The notes beneath the pieces were generated by a model. The model worked only from the letters and a program-made list of their open reading frames with translations, was not told the DNA's origin and ran no database searches. From Reyranellaceae bacterium (GTDB lineage Bacteria; Pseudomonadota; Alphaproteobacteria; Reyranellales; Reyranellaceae): 64,000 nucleotides of DNA. The position numbers and the translations under genes were made by a program. Of this stretch, positions 53,946-62,875 are shown in pieces. The stretch is from assembly GCA_046349275.1 (NCBI GenBank), contig JAXMCN010000019.1:31053-95052 (forward strand), written 5' to 3'. The first letter of the stretch is position 1. Each line of letters starts with the position of its first letter.

Positions 53946-55811
53946 ATGAGAGTGAGCACCCAGGCCGACATCGCGGCGCTCGAGCAGATGCCGGTCGAGG
54001 CGCGCATCCGGCAGACCAGCGTCGCCGAGCTGCTGGCCGACGCCGCGGCGCGCCACGGCGACGGCACGGCGATCCGCTTCCTGAGCGGCGCCGGCGCGAC
54101 CGACCCGGTGCGCGAGCTGTCGTTCCGCGCGCTGTGGCAGCAGGTCGTGCAGACCGCCAACCTGCTGCACCGTCACGGGATCGGCCCGGACGACACCGTG
54201 ACCCTGCTGATGCCCAGCGTGCCCGAGACCTTCGTGGCGCTGTGGGGCGCCGAGGTCGCGGCGGTCGCCAACCCGGTGAACTACTTCCTCGAGCCGGCGC
54301 AGATCGTCGCCATCATGAAGCAGGCCGGGACACGTGCCCTGATCGCCGCCGACGCCGCGATCTTTCCCGACCTCGGTCCCAAGGTCGAGGCGATCCGCAC
54401 CGCGATGCCGGAGCTCAAGGTCTTCCGGGTCGGCGACAGCGGCAGCCTGCCCGGCGCGATCGACTTCGAGGCGGCGCGCGCCGCCGAGCCGGCCGACCGG
54501 CTGGTCAGTCCGCGCACCATCGGCCGCGACACGGTGGCGGCCCTGTTCCACACCGGCGGCACCACCGGCCTGCCCAAGCTGGCGCGCCACACCCATGGCG
54601 CGCTGGCCCTGATGGCTTGGACCAACGCCCTGATGTTCGACCTCGGGCCGGGCACCGTGCTGCTCAACCCGCTGCCGCAATTTCATGTCGGCGGCTCGCT
54701 GTTCGGCGCCCTGTCGCCGATCGCCAACGGCTGGACGATCGTGATCCCGACGCCGCTCGGCGCCCGCAATCCCAACGTCGTGCGCGAATACTGGGGCATC
54801 GTCGAGCGCAACCGGGTCAACGTCGCCGGCGCCGTCCCGACCACCCTGGCGGCGATCATGAACGTGCCGCAGGCCGGCCACGACCTGTCGTCGCTCAAGG
54901 TCTTCGTGACCGGCGGCTCGACCGTGCCGGTCGAGCTGATCCGCCGCATCGAGGGCGAGATCGGCGTGCCGGTGGTCGAGGGCTACGGCATGACCGAGGT
55001 GCACTGCTACTCGACCATGAACCCGATGCATGGCGAACGGCGGCCGGGCTCGGTCGGCCTGCGCCTGCCCTACACCGAAGTCCGCATCGCCGACGTGGCG
55101 CCGGACGGCACGATCCGGCGCGACTGCCCGCCCGGCGAGATCGGCCACGTGCTGATGCGCGGGCCGCAGGTCACTCCGGGCTACCTCGATCCGCGGCACG
55201 ACCACGGCACCCGCCTGGCCGACGGCTGGCTCGACTCCGGCGATCTCGGCCGGATCGACGGCGACGGCTATGTCTGGCTGACCGGGCGCTCCAAGGACCT
55301 GATCATCCGCGGCGGCCACAACATCGACCCGGTGGTGATCGAGGAGGCGTTGACCCGCCATCCCGCGGTCGAGACGGCCGCGGCGGTCGGGCTGCCCGAT
55401 TCCTACGCCGGCGAGCTGCCGATGGCCTTCGTTCAGTTGCGCCCGGGGGCAGAGGCCAGCGCCGAGGAACTGCGCGAATTCTGCCGCCGCGAGATTCCCG
55501 AACGCGCCGCGGTGCCGGTTCAGGTCGTCGCCATCCCGGTGATGCCGCTGACCGGGGTCGGCAAGATCTACAAGCCGGCGCTGCGGCTCCAGGCGGCGCA
55601 GCAGGCCTTCGCGGCGGCGCTCGCGCCGCTCGCCGGCGACGGCGTGACGGCATCGGTGGCGGTGCGCGACGATCCCCGCTACGGCAGTCTCGCGGTCGTG
55701 CGCATCGCCGGAGCGAAGGACTCCGACCGCGAGGCGCTCACGGCCCGCTGCACGGCGCTGCTGGGCGGCTTCCAGACGCGCCACACGGTCGAATTCGAGG
55801 AGCGTGCTTGA
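53946..55811 (+). CDS. Acyl-CoA synthetase (AMP-binding)
   Basis: FHTGGTTGLPK, GYGMTE, SGDLG, GRSKDLIIRGG, VGKIYK. Confidence 0.92.
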   Translation: MRVSTQADIAALEQMPVEARIRQTSVAELLADAAARHGDGTAIRFLSGAGATDPVRELSFRALWQQVVQTANLLHRHGIGPDDTVTLLMPSVPETFVALWGAEVAAVANPVNYFLEPAQIVAIMKQAGTRALIAADAAIFPDLGPKVEAIRTAMPELKVFRVGDSGSLPGAIDFEAARAAEPADRLVSPRTIGRDTVAALFHTGGTTGLPKLARHTHGALALMAWTNALMFDLGPGTVLLNPLPQFHVGGSLFGALSPIANGWTIVIPTPLGARNPNVVREYWGIVERNRVNVAGAVPTTLAAIMNVPQAGHDLSSLKVFVTGGSTVPVELIRRIEGEIGVPVVEGYGMTEVHCYSTMNPMHGERRPGSVGLRLPYTEVRIADVAPDGTIRRDCPPGEIGHVLMRGPQVTPGYLDPRHDHGTRLADGWLDSGDLGRIDGDGYVWLTGRSKDLIIRGGHNIDPVVIEEALTRHPAVETAAAVGLPDSYAGELPMAFVQLRPGAEASAEELREFCRREIPERAAVPVQVVAIPVMPLTGVGKIYKPALRLQAAQQAFAAALAPLAGDGVTASVAVRDDPRYGSLAVVRIAGAKDSDREALTARCTALLGGFQTRHTVEFEERA

Positions 55812-56185
55812 TGAACGACGGACGACGACGGTTTCTCCTGATCGGATCGGCGATGGCGGCCGCGGGCTATGCGGGCGCCGCCCGCGCCGAACCGGTGCGC
55901 GTGGTCGAGTCGCTGCCCGCCGCCAGCGCCGTCGTCGGTCGCCGCGGCACCGATTTCTACGTCCGCTTCGACCGGCCGGTCGACCACGAGAAATCGACCC
56001 TGGTGGTGATGCGCGGCGCCACCGTGGTCGAGCGGCTGGTGCCGCGGCTCGAATCGGCGCCCGACGTGCTGTTCGCGCGGGCCCCGACCCTGCCCGAGGG
56101 CAGCTACAGCCTGCTGTGGACGGTGCGCACGATCGAGGGCGTCGAGGTCACGCAGGGCGAGATTCCGTTCGCCGTCAAAGACTGA
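55811..56185 (+). CDS. CopC-like exported protein with Tat-type signal
   Basis: MNDGRRRFLL signal; VESLPAASAVV...FDRPVD...LPEGSYSLLWTV...GEIPFAV. Confidence 0.65.
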   Translation: MNDGRRRFLLIGSAMAAAGYAGAARAEPVRVVESLPAASAVVGRRGTDFYVRFDRPVDHEKSTLVVMRGATVVERLVPRLESAPDVLFARAPTLPEGSYSLLWTVRTIEGVEVTQGEIPFAVKD

Positions 56186-56227
56186 CGACGCTCCCCGGCC
56201 TCGGGGACTGACGACGACGCCCGGGCG

Positions 56228-57223
56228 TCAGGGCACGAGCACGGCCGCGCCCTGGAAGCGCCCGGCGCGCAGGTCGGCCAGCGCCTCGTTGGCGGCCTCA
56301 AGCGGGTAGGTCGTCGTCGTCGTGCGCACGCCGGCACGCGGCGCCAGCTCGAGGAACTCGACCGCGTCCTGGCGGGTCAGGTTGGCGACCGAGCGGATCT
56401 GGCGCTCCTCCCACAGCAACCGGTAGGGAAAGGCCGGGATGTCGCTCATGTGGATGCCGCCGCAGACCACGATCCCGCCCTTGCGCACGGCCGCCAGCGC
56501 TACCGGGACCAGGCTGCCGATCGGGGCGAACAGGATCGCGGCATCGAGCGGGTCGGGCGGCAGGCTGTCCGAACCGCCCGCCCACCGGGCGCCGAGCGCC
56601 CGGGCGTGCTGCTGGGCGGCGACGTCGCCGGGGCGGGTGAAGGCGTAGACCTCGCGGCCCTGCCAGCGGCAGACCTGGGCCAGGATGTGCGCCGCCGCCC
56701 CGAATCCGTAGAGCCCGATCCGGCGGCCGTCGCCGGCGATCTTCAGCGAGCGCCAGCCGATCAGGCCGGCGCACATCAGCGGCGCCGCCGCCACCGGATC
56801 GTCGAAGCCGTCGAGCGGGAAGGCGTAGGTGGCGTCGGCGACGGCATGGCTGGCGAAGCCGCCGTCGCGGCCGTGACCGGTGAACACCGGATGGTCACAG
56901 AGGTTTTCGCGCTGGCCGATACAAAATGAACACATGCCGCAGGTATGGCCCAGCCACGGAACACCGACCCGACGACCGGGCGCCAGCCCGACGACGCCGG
57001 GGCCGACCGCCTCGACGATGCCGACGATCTCGTGCCCCGGCACGATCGGCAGGCGCGTGTCGCGCAGGTCGCCGTCGAGAATGTGCAGGTCGGTGCGGCA
57101 GACCCCGCAGGCCTCGACCCGCAACCGGATCTCGCCCGCCGCCGGCATCGGCAGCGGGCGGTGCTCGAGGTGCAGCGCCCGGCCGACCGCCGGCAGCACC
57201 ATCGCCCGCATCATCGCCGACAC
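56228..57223 (-). CDS. Zinc-binding alcohol dehydrogenase (AdhP-like)
   Basis: CGVCRTD, PGHEIVG, CxxCxxCx7C, APLMCAG, GFGAAAH. Confidence 0.92.
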   Translation of the reverse strand: MSAMMRAMVLPAVGRALHLEHRPLPMPAAGEIRLRVEACGVCRTDLHILDGDLRDTRLPIVPGHEIVGIVEAVGPGVVGLAPGRRVGVPWLGHTCGMCSFCIGQRENLCDHPVFTGHGRDGGFASHAVADATYAFPLDGFDDPVAAAPLMCAGLIGWRSLKIAGDGRRIGLYGFGAAAHILAQVCRWQGREVYAFTRPGDVAAQQHARALGARWAGGSDSLPPDPLDAAILFAPIGSLVPVALAAVRKGGIVVCGGIHMSDIPAFPYRLLWEERQIRSVANLTRQDAVEFLELAPRAGVRTTTTTYPLEAANEALADLRAGRFQGAAVLVP

Positions 57224-57240
57224 TCCCGGAGACCCCTGAC

Positions 57241-57558
57241 ATGCAGCCAGATCGACCCACCGGCTGGCATCCCGCCGTCCTCACGGTGATGCTGATCGCC
57301 CTGACGGGCATGTCGGGCGCCGCCGAAGCCGACAACGATCAGGTGTCGAAGCGCAAGAAGCATCATGCGTCGCCATACTATGTCGTGGTGCCGGCGGCGC
57401 CGGTCCGGTCGTACGCGGCGCCCGCCGTCGTCTACGCCCCGACACCGGTGGTCTACGCGCCGCCGCCGGTGATCGTCCATCCGGTCGCGCCGGTCTACGG
57501 GGGCTATGTGCCCTACGTGCCGGCGCCGTCGATCAACATCACCATCCCGCTGCGCTAG
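57241..57558 (+). CDS. Small Pro/Val/Tyr-rich exported protein
   Basis: Signal-like segment; VVYAP repeats; SINITIPLR end; start uncertain. Confidence 0.6.
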   Translation: MQPDRPTGWHPAVLTVMLIALTGMSGAAEADNDQVSKRKKHHASPYYVVVPAAPVRSYAAPAVVYAPTPVVYAPPPVIVHPVAPVYGGYVPYVPAPSINITIPLR

Positions 57559-57570
57559 CGGCAGCGGCCG

Positions 57571-58242
57571 TCAGGCGTTGAGGCGCTCGAGGGCGGCGCG
57601 GTCGCGCAGGACGACCGAGCGGCTGGCCGCCGGCAGGCGGATCAGCCCGTCGCGGTCGAACTGGTTCAGGGTGCGCGACACCGTCTCGATGGTCAGCCCG
57701 AGATGGTCGGCGATGTCGTTGCGCAGCATCGGCAGGTCGAACTGCGCCTCGTCGTCGGCGATCCGCTCGGCCATCTCCAGCAGGAACGTCGCCACCTTCT
57801 CCTGCGCCGTCTTGCGGCCCAGCAGCAGCATGTGGTCCTGCGCCCGCTCCAGGCTGCGCAGCATCGCCGTCATAACCTGGTCGCGGAACCCGCCATCCTC
57901 GGCCATCAGGGCCTGCAGACGGCTGCGCCGCCAGGCGACCACCGTCGCCGTGCCCACCGCCTCGGCCGAGAAGCGGTGCTCCTCGCCGGCCTCCAGCCCG
58001 AAGATGTCGCCCGGCAGGTGGAACGCATCGATCTGACGGCGGCCGTCGCTCAGCAGCTTGTACGACCGGATGGCGCCCGACACGACCTTGTAGAAGCAGT
58101 CCGCGTCGTCGCCCTCGGTGAACAGCTCCTTGCCCTTGCGCAAGGTCAGCACGGTGCCGACCGGCGCCCCGGCAGCGGCCGGCAGCGGCAGCACGGCGGC
58201 GGCGGGGAAGCGGGACGGGACGGGGTTGCTGTGGACTTGCAT
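57571..58242 (-). CDS. fixK: Crp/Fnr family regulator FixK (no Fe-S Cys cluster)
   Basis: DGRRQIDAFHLPGD, LLGRKTAQEKVA, IADHLGLTIETVSR; close to fixLJ. Confidence 0.85.
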   Translation of the reverse strand: MQVHSNPVPSRFPAAAVLPLPAAAGAPVGTVLTLRKGKELFTEGDDADCFYKVVSGAIRSYKLLSDGRRQIDAFHLPGDIFGLEAGEEHRFSAEAVGTATVVAWRRSRLQALMAEDGGFRDQVMTAMLRSLERAQDHMLLLGRKTAQEKVATFLLEMAERIADDEAQFDLPMLRNDIADHLGLTIETVSRTLNQFDRDGLIRLPAASRSVVLRDRAALERLNA

Positions 58243-58316
58243 CGGTCGTCTCCTGGCGGTCGGTGACTGGACCGATGCCTACCCCTGCCCTCCCGGCGCC
58301 ACCATTCGGGTCTTGA

Positions 58317-58336
58317 CCTAAGGGGTTTTACGGAGG
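58317..58336. promoter_or_regulatory. Possible FixJ-binding site upstream of fixK
   Basis: CCTAAGGGGTTTTACGGAGG loosely resembles CTAAG-containing FixJ sites; 75-95 bp upstream of fixK. Confidence 0.3.
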
Positions 58337-58338
58337 CT

Positions 58339-60858
58339 TCAGCCGAGCAGGCTGGAGCGGAATCGCGGCTTGGCGACCTCGAGCAGGGCCAGGACGACCA
58401 GGCCGCAGGCGGCGGCCAGGCCGAGATCGTCGCCGTGCAGCGGGCCGAAGCGGAACAGCGCCATCGCCGGCGGCCAGGTCAGGGCGAGGGCGAGGACGGC
58501 GGCGACCAGGGCGAGCAAGCCCCACAGCACCGGATTGCGACGCCCCAGCGCCGTCCACAGCGACGCCGAGAAGCTGCGGTTGACCAGGATCAGGCTGGCA
58601 TTGATCAGCACCAGCGACACGAACAGCAGCGCCCGCAGCTCGTCCTCCGGCATGGCCCGGGCCACCGCCGTCGCCAGCATGACCGCCAGGGCGGCGACCG
58701 CCAGGACGCCCTGCAGCAGCCCCCAGGCGACCAGCCCGCGCGACAGCAGCCGGCTGTCGGGGGACCGCGGCGGCCGCCGCATCAGGTCGACCTCGCCCTC
58801 CTCGGCCTCGAAGACGATCGAGCAGGCGGGGTCGATGACCATCTCGAGGAAGGCGATGTGCACCGGCAGCAGCAGCAGCGGCAGGCCGAACAGCAGCGGC
58901 AACAGGGCCAGCCCGGCGATCGGCACGTGGATGGCCAGGATGTAGCCGCTGGCCTTGCGCAGGTTGTCGTAGATGCGGCGGCCGAGCCGCAGGGTCTGCA
59001 CGATCGACCCGAAATCGTCGTCGAGCAGCACGATCGACGAAGCCTCGCGGGCCACGTCGGTGCCGCGGCCGCCCATCGCCACGCCGATGTGCGCCGCCTT
59101 CAGCGCCGGCGCGTCGTTGACGCCATCGCCGGTCATCGCGACGATCTCGCCGTTGGCCTTGAGCGCCTCGACCAGGCGCAGCTTCTGCTCGGGCAGGATG
59201 CGGGCGAAGATGTCGGCCTCGGCGACGCGGCGACGCAACGCCGGATCGTCCAGCCCGGCGACCTCCGTGCCGTCGACCGGCGGCCGTGCAGCGAGACCGG
59301 CGCGGGCCGCGATGGCCCGCGCGGTGGCCGGATAGTCGCCGGTGATCATCACCACCCGCACGCCGGCCGAGCGGCACTCGGCGATGGCCGCCGGCACGTT
59401 GGCCCGCACCGGATCGGCGAAGCCGACCAGGCCCAGGAAGCGGAATGCGAAGCCGTCGGGCGTCTCCGGCAGGGGCCCGTCGGCATGCCGCGCCGCGGCG
59501 ACGCCCAGCACCCGCAAGCCCTCGCGGCTCATCTCGGCGAGCCACGCCTGCATCGCCTGCCGGTCGGCCGGCGCGAGGCGGCAGAGGCGCGCGATCGCTT
59601 CCGGCGCCCCCTTGGCCGCGACCTCGAGGACGGGCGCGCCGTCCGCCGGGCGCCAGACATGGGTCACCGCGAGCAGCTCGGGGCGCAGGCCATAGCGGTG
59701 CGCGAGGCTGCCACGCGAAGCGCCGGCGGCGCCCGCGAGGGCCTGAATGGCGCGCTCCATAGGCTCGAGCGAGTCGGGCACGCTCGCCAGGGCGGCGACC
59801 CGCAGCAGCTCGGCCAGCTCCGCGTCGAGCGGCGGCGCTCCCGCCGACCAGCTCGCCTGCGGCGTGCGCAGCGCCGCTACGGTCATGCGGTTCTCGGTCA
59901 GGGTGCCGGTCTTGTCGGTGCACAGCACCGTGGCGGCGCCCAGCATCTCGATGGCCGAGGCCCGCCGGGTCAGCACCCGCGCCCGCGACAGCCGCCATGC
60001 CCCCATCACCATGAAGGCCGTGAGAACCAGGGGGAATTCCTCGGGCAGCATCGACATGCCGAGGGCGATTCCGCCCAGCACGGCGCGCAGCCAGTCGCCC
60101 TGGACCAGGCCGTAGAGCAGCACCGCCAGCAGGGCCGCCGCGCCGCCCGCGGCGGCGAACACCCGGACGATGCGGCGGGTCTCGGTCTGCAGATGCGGCG
60201 GCTCGCTTTCGATGCCGCGCAGCGCCAGGCCGATTCGGCCCAGCGCGCTGCGCGGCCCGGTGGCGGTGGCGATGCCGATCCCCTCGCCGCGCACCACCAG
60301 GGTGCCGGAGAAGGCGAACGGCGTGTCGTCGCCGCCGGGACTGCCGCCCGCGGGCGCATCGCCGCCCGGCAACTCGACCGCCGTCTTGGCGACCGCCACC
60401 GATTCGCCGGTCAGCAGCGATTCGTCGATCAGCAGGTCGCTGGCTCGCACCAGCACGAGGTCGGCCGGCACGCGATCGCCCTCGGCCAGGATCACGGCGT
60501 CGCCGCACACGACCTCGCGGCCGGCGATGCGGCGGCGCTCGCCGTCGCGGATCACCAGGGCGCGCGGGCTGGCCATGTCGCGCAGCGCCTCGAGCACGCG
60601 CTCGCTGCGCGCTTCCTGGACCACCGAGATCGAGACCGAGACGGTGGCGAAGGCGAGCAGGATGGCGGCGTCCGAAATCTCTCCCAGCACGAGGTAGAGA
60701 ATGCCGGCGCCGAGCAGCAGGGCGAACATCGGCTCGCGCAGCACGCCGAGCACGATCTGCGGCAGGCGGCGGCGCTCGAGCGACGGCAGGTCGTTGAAGC
60801 CGTCGCGACGCAGCCGCTCGGCGGCGTCCGCCTGGGTGAGGCCGAGCGAGGCCGGCAT
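58339..60858 (-). CDS. Cation-translocating P-type ATPase (P2-like)
   Basis: TGES, PEEF, DKTGTLT, KGAPE, MITGD, TGDGVNDAPAL. Confidence 0.95.
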   Translation of the reverse strand: MPASLGLTQADAAERLRRDGFNDLPSLERRRLPQIVLGVLREPMFALLLGAGILYLVLGEISDAAILLAFATVSVSISVVQEARSERVLEALRDMASPRALVIRDGERRRIAGREVVCGDAVILAEGDRVPADLVLVRASDLLIDESLLTGESVAVAKTAVELPGGDAPAGGSPGGDDTPFAFSGTLVVRGEGIGIATATGPRSALGRIGLALRGIESEPPHLQTETRRIVRVFAAAGGAAALLAVLLYGLVQGDWLRAVLGGIALGMSMLPEEFPLVLTAFMVMGAWRLSRARVLTRRASAIEMLGAATVLCTDKTGTLTENRMTVAALRTPQASWSAGAPPLDAELAELLRVAALASVPDSLEPMERAIQALAGAAGASRGSLAHRYGLRPELLAVTHVWRPADGAPVLEVAAKGAPEAIARLCRLAPADRQAMQAWLAEMSREGLRVLGVAAARHADGPLPETPDGFAFRFLGLVGFADPVRANVPAAIAECRSAGVRVVMITGDYPATARAIAARAGLAARPPVDGTEVAGLDDPALRRRVAEADIFARILPEQKLRLVEALKANGEIVAMTGDGVNDAPALKAAHIGVAMGGRGTDVAREASSIVLLDDDFGSIVQTLRLGRRIYDNLRKASGYILAIHVPIAGLALLPLLFGLPLLLLPVHIAFLEMVIDPACSIVFEAEEGEVDLMRRPPRSPDSRLLSRGLVAWGLLQGVLAVAALAVMLATAVARAMPEDELRALLFVSLVLINASLILVNRSFSASLWTALGRRNPVLWGLLALVAAVLALALTWPPAMALFRFGPLHGDDLGLAAACGLVVLALLEVAKPRFRSSLLG

Positions 60859-60859
60859 C

Positions 60860-61804
60860 TCAGGCTGGCAGCAGCGACGCCGGCTGCGCCGCCGCGGCGC
60901 GATTGACGACGTCGGCGAACAGCCGGTACTTGACCTGGACCACCGAGAGTTCGCGCGCCCAGTTCACCAGATCGCCCCACGGGTCGTTGAGCTTGCCCAG
61001 GCCGCCGACGATCGCCACCACGGTGCCGATCTCGATATGGCCCTCGAGCACCTGCCAGCCGCCGACGCCCAGCGCCACGGCGACGCTGAAATGATGCATC
61101 AGGTTCATCAGCAGGTTCATCGTGAACTTGATCTTGTAGATGCCCATGTTGAGCGTGAAGACGCGCTCGATCGGGCCGCGGGCCCATTGCCAGGCGTGAT
61201 CGGGCCGCCGCGCCGCCTCGACGATGCCGCCGCTCAGGCCGCGCTTGACCAGGATGCGCGACTGGGCGCGACGGTTGATGGCGCCCTGCAGCAGCGGCAC
61301 GAACACCATCTGCGGCAGGAAGAACAGCAGGCCGATCAGCGCCAGGCTCGAGTCGATGTACAGCATGTAGCTGACGACGCTGACCAGGATGCCGCCCTGC
61401 AGCAGCGGCTCCGAGCAGCTGATGCCGGTGAAGCCGCCGATCGGCTCGACCTCCTCCAGCACCATCGAGATCTCGACGCCGGTCTCCGCCGCGCTGTCCT
61501 CGAGCCGGCCGCCGTGACCGCCGACCTTGATGCGCAAGGTGCGCACGGAATCCTCGGCGACCCAGCCGCGGTAGACGTTGAGCGCCAGCTTGAGGCTCTG
61601 CTCGGCCAGCGCGACGCCGCCATAGGCGACCGCCAGCGACAGCACGGTGGCGAAGGCGCCCTTGTCGACGATCGTGTTGACGATGCGGCGCTGCAGCTCC
61701 AGCGGCACGGCGCTCAGCAGGAAGACGGCGATCGACAGGATGGCCAGGCCGACCTGATGCTTGCCCGTGAAGCGCAGCACGTACTCCACGATGGTGCGGG
61801 GCAT
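60860..61804 (-). CDS. ABC-exporter transmembrane domain protein lacking an NBD
   Basis: PLELQRRIVN...EVEPIGGF...KFTMNLL TMD pattern; ends without Walker A/LSGGQ. Confidence 0.7.
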   Translation of the reverse strand: MPRTIVEYVLRFTGKHQVGLAILSIAVFLLSAVPLELQRRIVNTIVDKGAFATVLSLAVAYGGVALAEQSLKLALNVYRGWVAEDSVRTLRIKVGGHGGRLEDSAAETGVEISMVLEEVEPIGGFTGISCSEPLLQGGILVSVVSYMLYIDSSLALIGLLFFLPQMVFVPLLQGAINRRAQSRILVKRGLSGGIVEAARRPDHAWQWARGPIERVFTLNMGIYKIKFTMNLLMNLMHHFSVAVALGVGGWQVLEGHIEIGTVVAIVGGLGKLNDPWGDLVNWARELSVVQVKYRLFADVVNRAAAAQPASLLPA

Positions 61805-61814
61805 GCCGACATCC

Positions 61815-62198
61815 TCATGCGGCCGACGACGCCTTCAGGGCGTCCCGGATCCCCTCCACCAATGCCGCATCCGACAGCGGCTTTTCAAGCACGCAGGTCA
61901 CGCCGAGCTGGCCGGCGCGGCGCCGCAGCTGGTCGCCGGCGCGGCCGCTGATCAGGATCGCCGGCAGGGTGACGTGGCGGGCGCGCAGCCGCCGCACCAG
62001 TTCCAGCCCGTCGATCTGCGGCATCTGGAAGTCGACCACCAGGCAGCCGCGCTCGGGCAGGCCGCGGTCGGCCAGCACGGCCTCCGGCCCGTCGTAGAGG
62101 CGGATCACGAAGCCCTCCATCTCAAGCGCGAACTTGAGCGCGCTGCGGACGGCGGCGTCGTCGTCGACGACGAGCACGATGGCGGTCGGGACCGGCAT
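61815..62198 (-). CDS. Single-domain response regulator (FixT-like position)
   Basis: VVDDD, LVVDFQMP, LISG, EKP; ATG 62198. Confidence 0.85.
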   Translation of the reverse strand: MPVPTAIVLVVDDDAAVRSALKFALEMEGFVIRLYDGPEAVLADRGLPERGCLVVDFQMPQIDGLELVRRLRARHVTLPAILISGRAGDQLRRRAGQLGVTCVLEKPLSDAALVEGIRDALKASSAA

Positions 62199-62232
62199 GG
62201 CGCCAGTTTGAAAGGGAGCGGCGTCGGCCGGG

Positions 62233-62246
62233 TTGATCCAGCGCAA
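62233..62246. promoter_or_regulatory. FixK-type box upstream of receiver/ABC-TMD/P-ATPase genes
   Basis: TTGAT-CCAG-CGCAA in the gap between fixJ and the receiver gene. Confidence 0.6.
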
Positions 62247-62260
62247 GCCGAGTCGCGTTG

Positions 62261-62875
62261 CTAGGGCGATTCCGAGTCGAGCAGCGCCATGCGTACGAGA
62301 TCGGACAGGCTGTCGGCCTGCATCTTGGTCATGACGTTGGCGCGGTAGACCTCGACGGTGCGGGCGCTGATGCCGAGATCGTAGGCGATGATCTTGTTGG
62401 GCTTGCCGGCGACCAGCCCGGCCAGCACCTCGCGCTCGCGCTCGGAGAGCAGGTTCAGGCGCTCGCGGATCGCCGCGATGCGGGCCTGGCGCTCGCTGTC
62501 GCGCGCCTGACGCGACAGCGCGACCCGGATGGCCGACAGCAGCGTCTCGTCGTCGAACGGCTTCTCGATGAAGTCGATGGCGCCGGCCTTCATCGCCTGG
62601 ACGGCCAGCGAGACGTCGCCGTGGCCGGTCATGACGATCACGGGGAAGCTCGACCCGGCCTCGTTGAGCCGGCGCTGCAGGGCGAGCCCGTCCAGGTCGG
62701 GCATGCGGATGTCGGTCAGGATGCAGCCGGGTTGCGCCTCGGCCAGGACGTCGAGGAAGGCGACCGCCGATTCGTGCAGGCGGACGGCGAAGCCGGCCGA
62801 GCCGAGCAGGAAGGCCAGCGACTGGCGCACCTCCGCGTCGTCGTCGATGACGTGCACGACATGGCTATCCGTCAT
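62261..62875 (-). CDS. fixJ: Response regulator FixJ
   Basis: IDDD, TDIRMP, TGHGDV, EKPF, LuxR HTH SARTVEVYRANVMTK. Confidence 0.93.
   Translation of the reverse strand: MTDSHVVHVIDDDAEVRQSLAFLLGSAGFAVRLHESAVAFLDVLAEAQPGCILTDIRMPDLDGLALQRRLNEAGSSFPVIVMTGHGDVSLAVQAMKAGAIDFIEKPFDDETLLSAIRVALSRQARDSERQARIAAIRERLNLLSEREREVLAGLVAGKPNKIIAYDLGISARTVEVYRANVMTKMQADSLSDLVRMALLDSESP

Noticed and set aside
52964-55811. OleB/OleC olefin biosynthesis pair
   Set aside because: The genes are divergent, oleA/oleD are absent, and the synthetase looks like a general acyl-CoA ligase.
57571-58242. O2-sensing FNR/FnrN
   Set aside because: No N-terminal Cys cluster for a 4Fe-4S centre; the context fits FixK.
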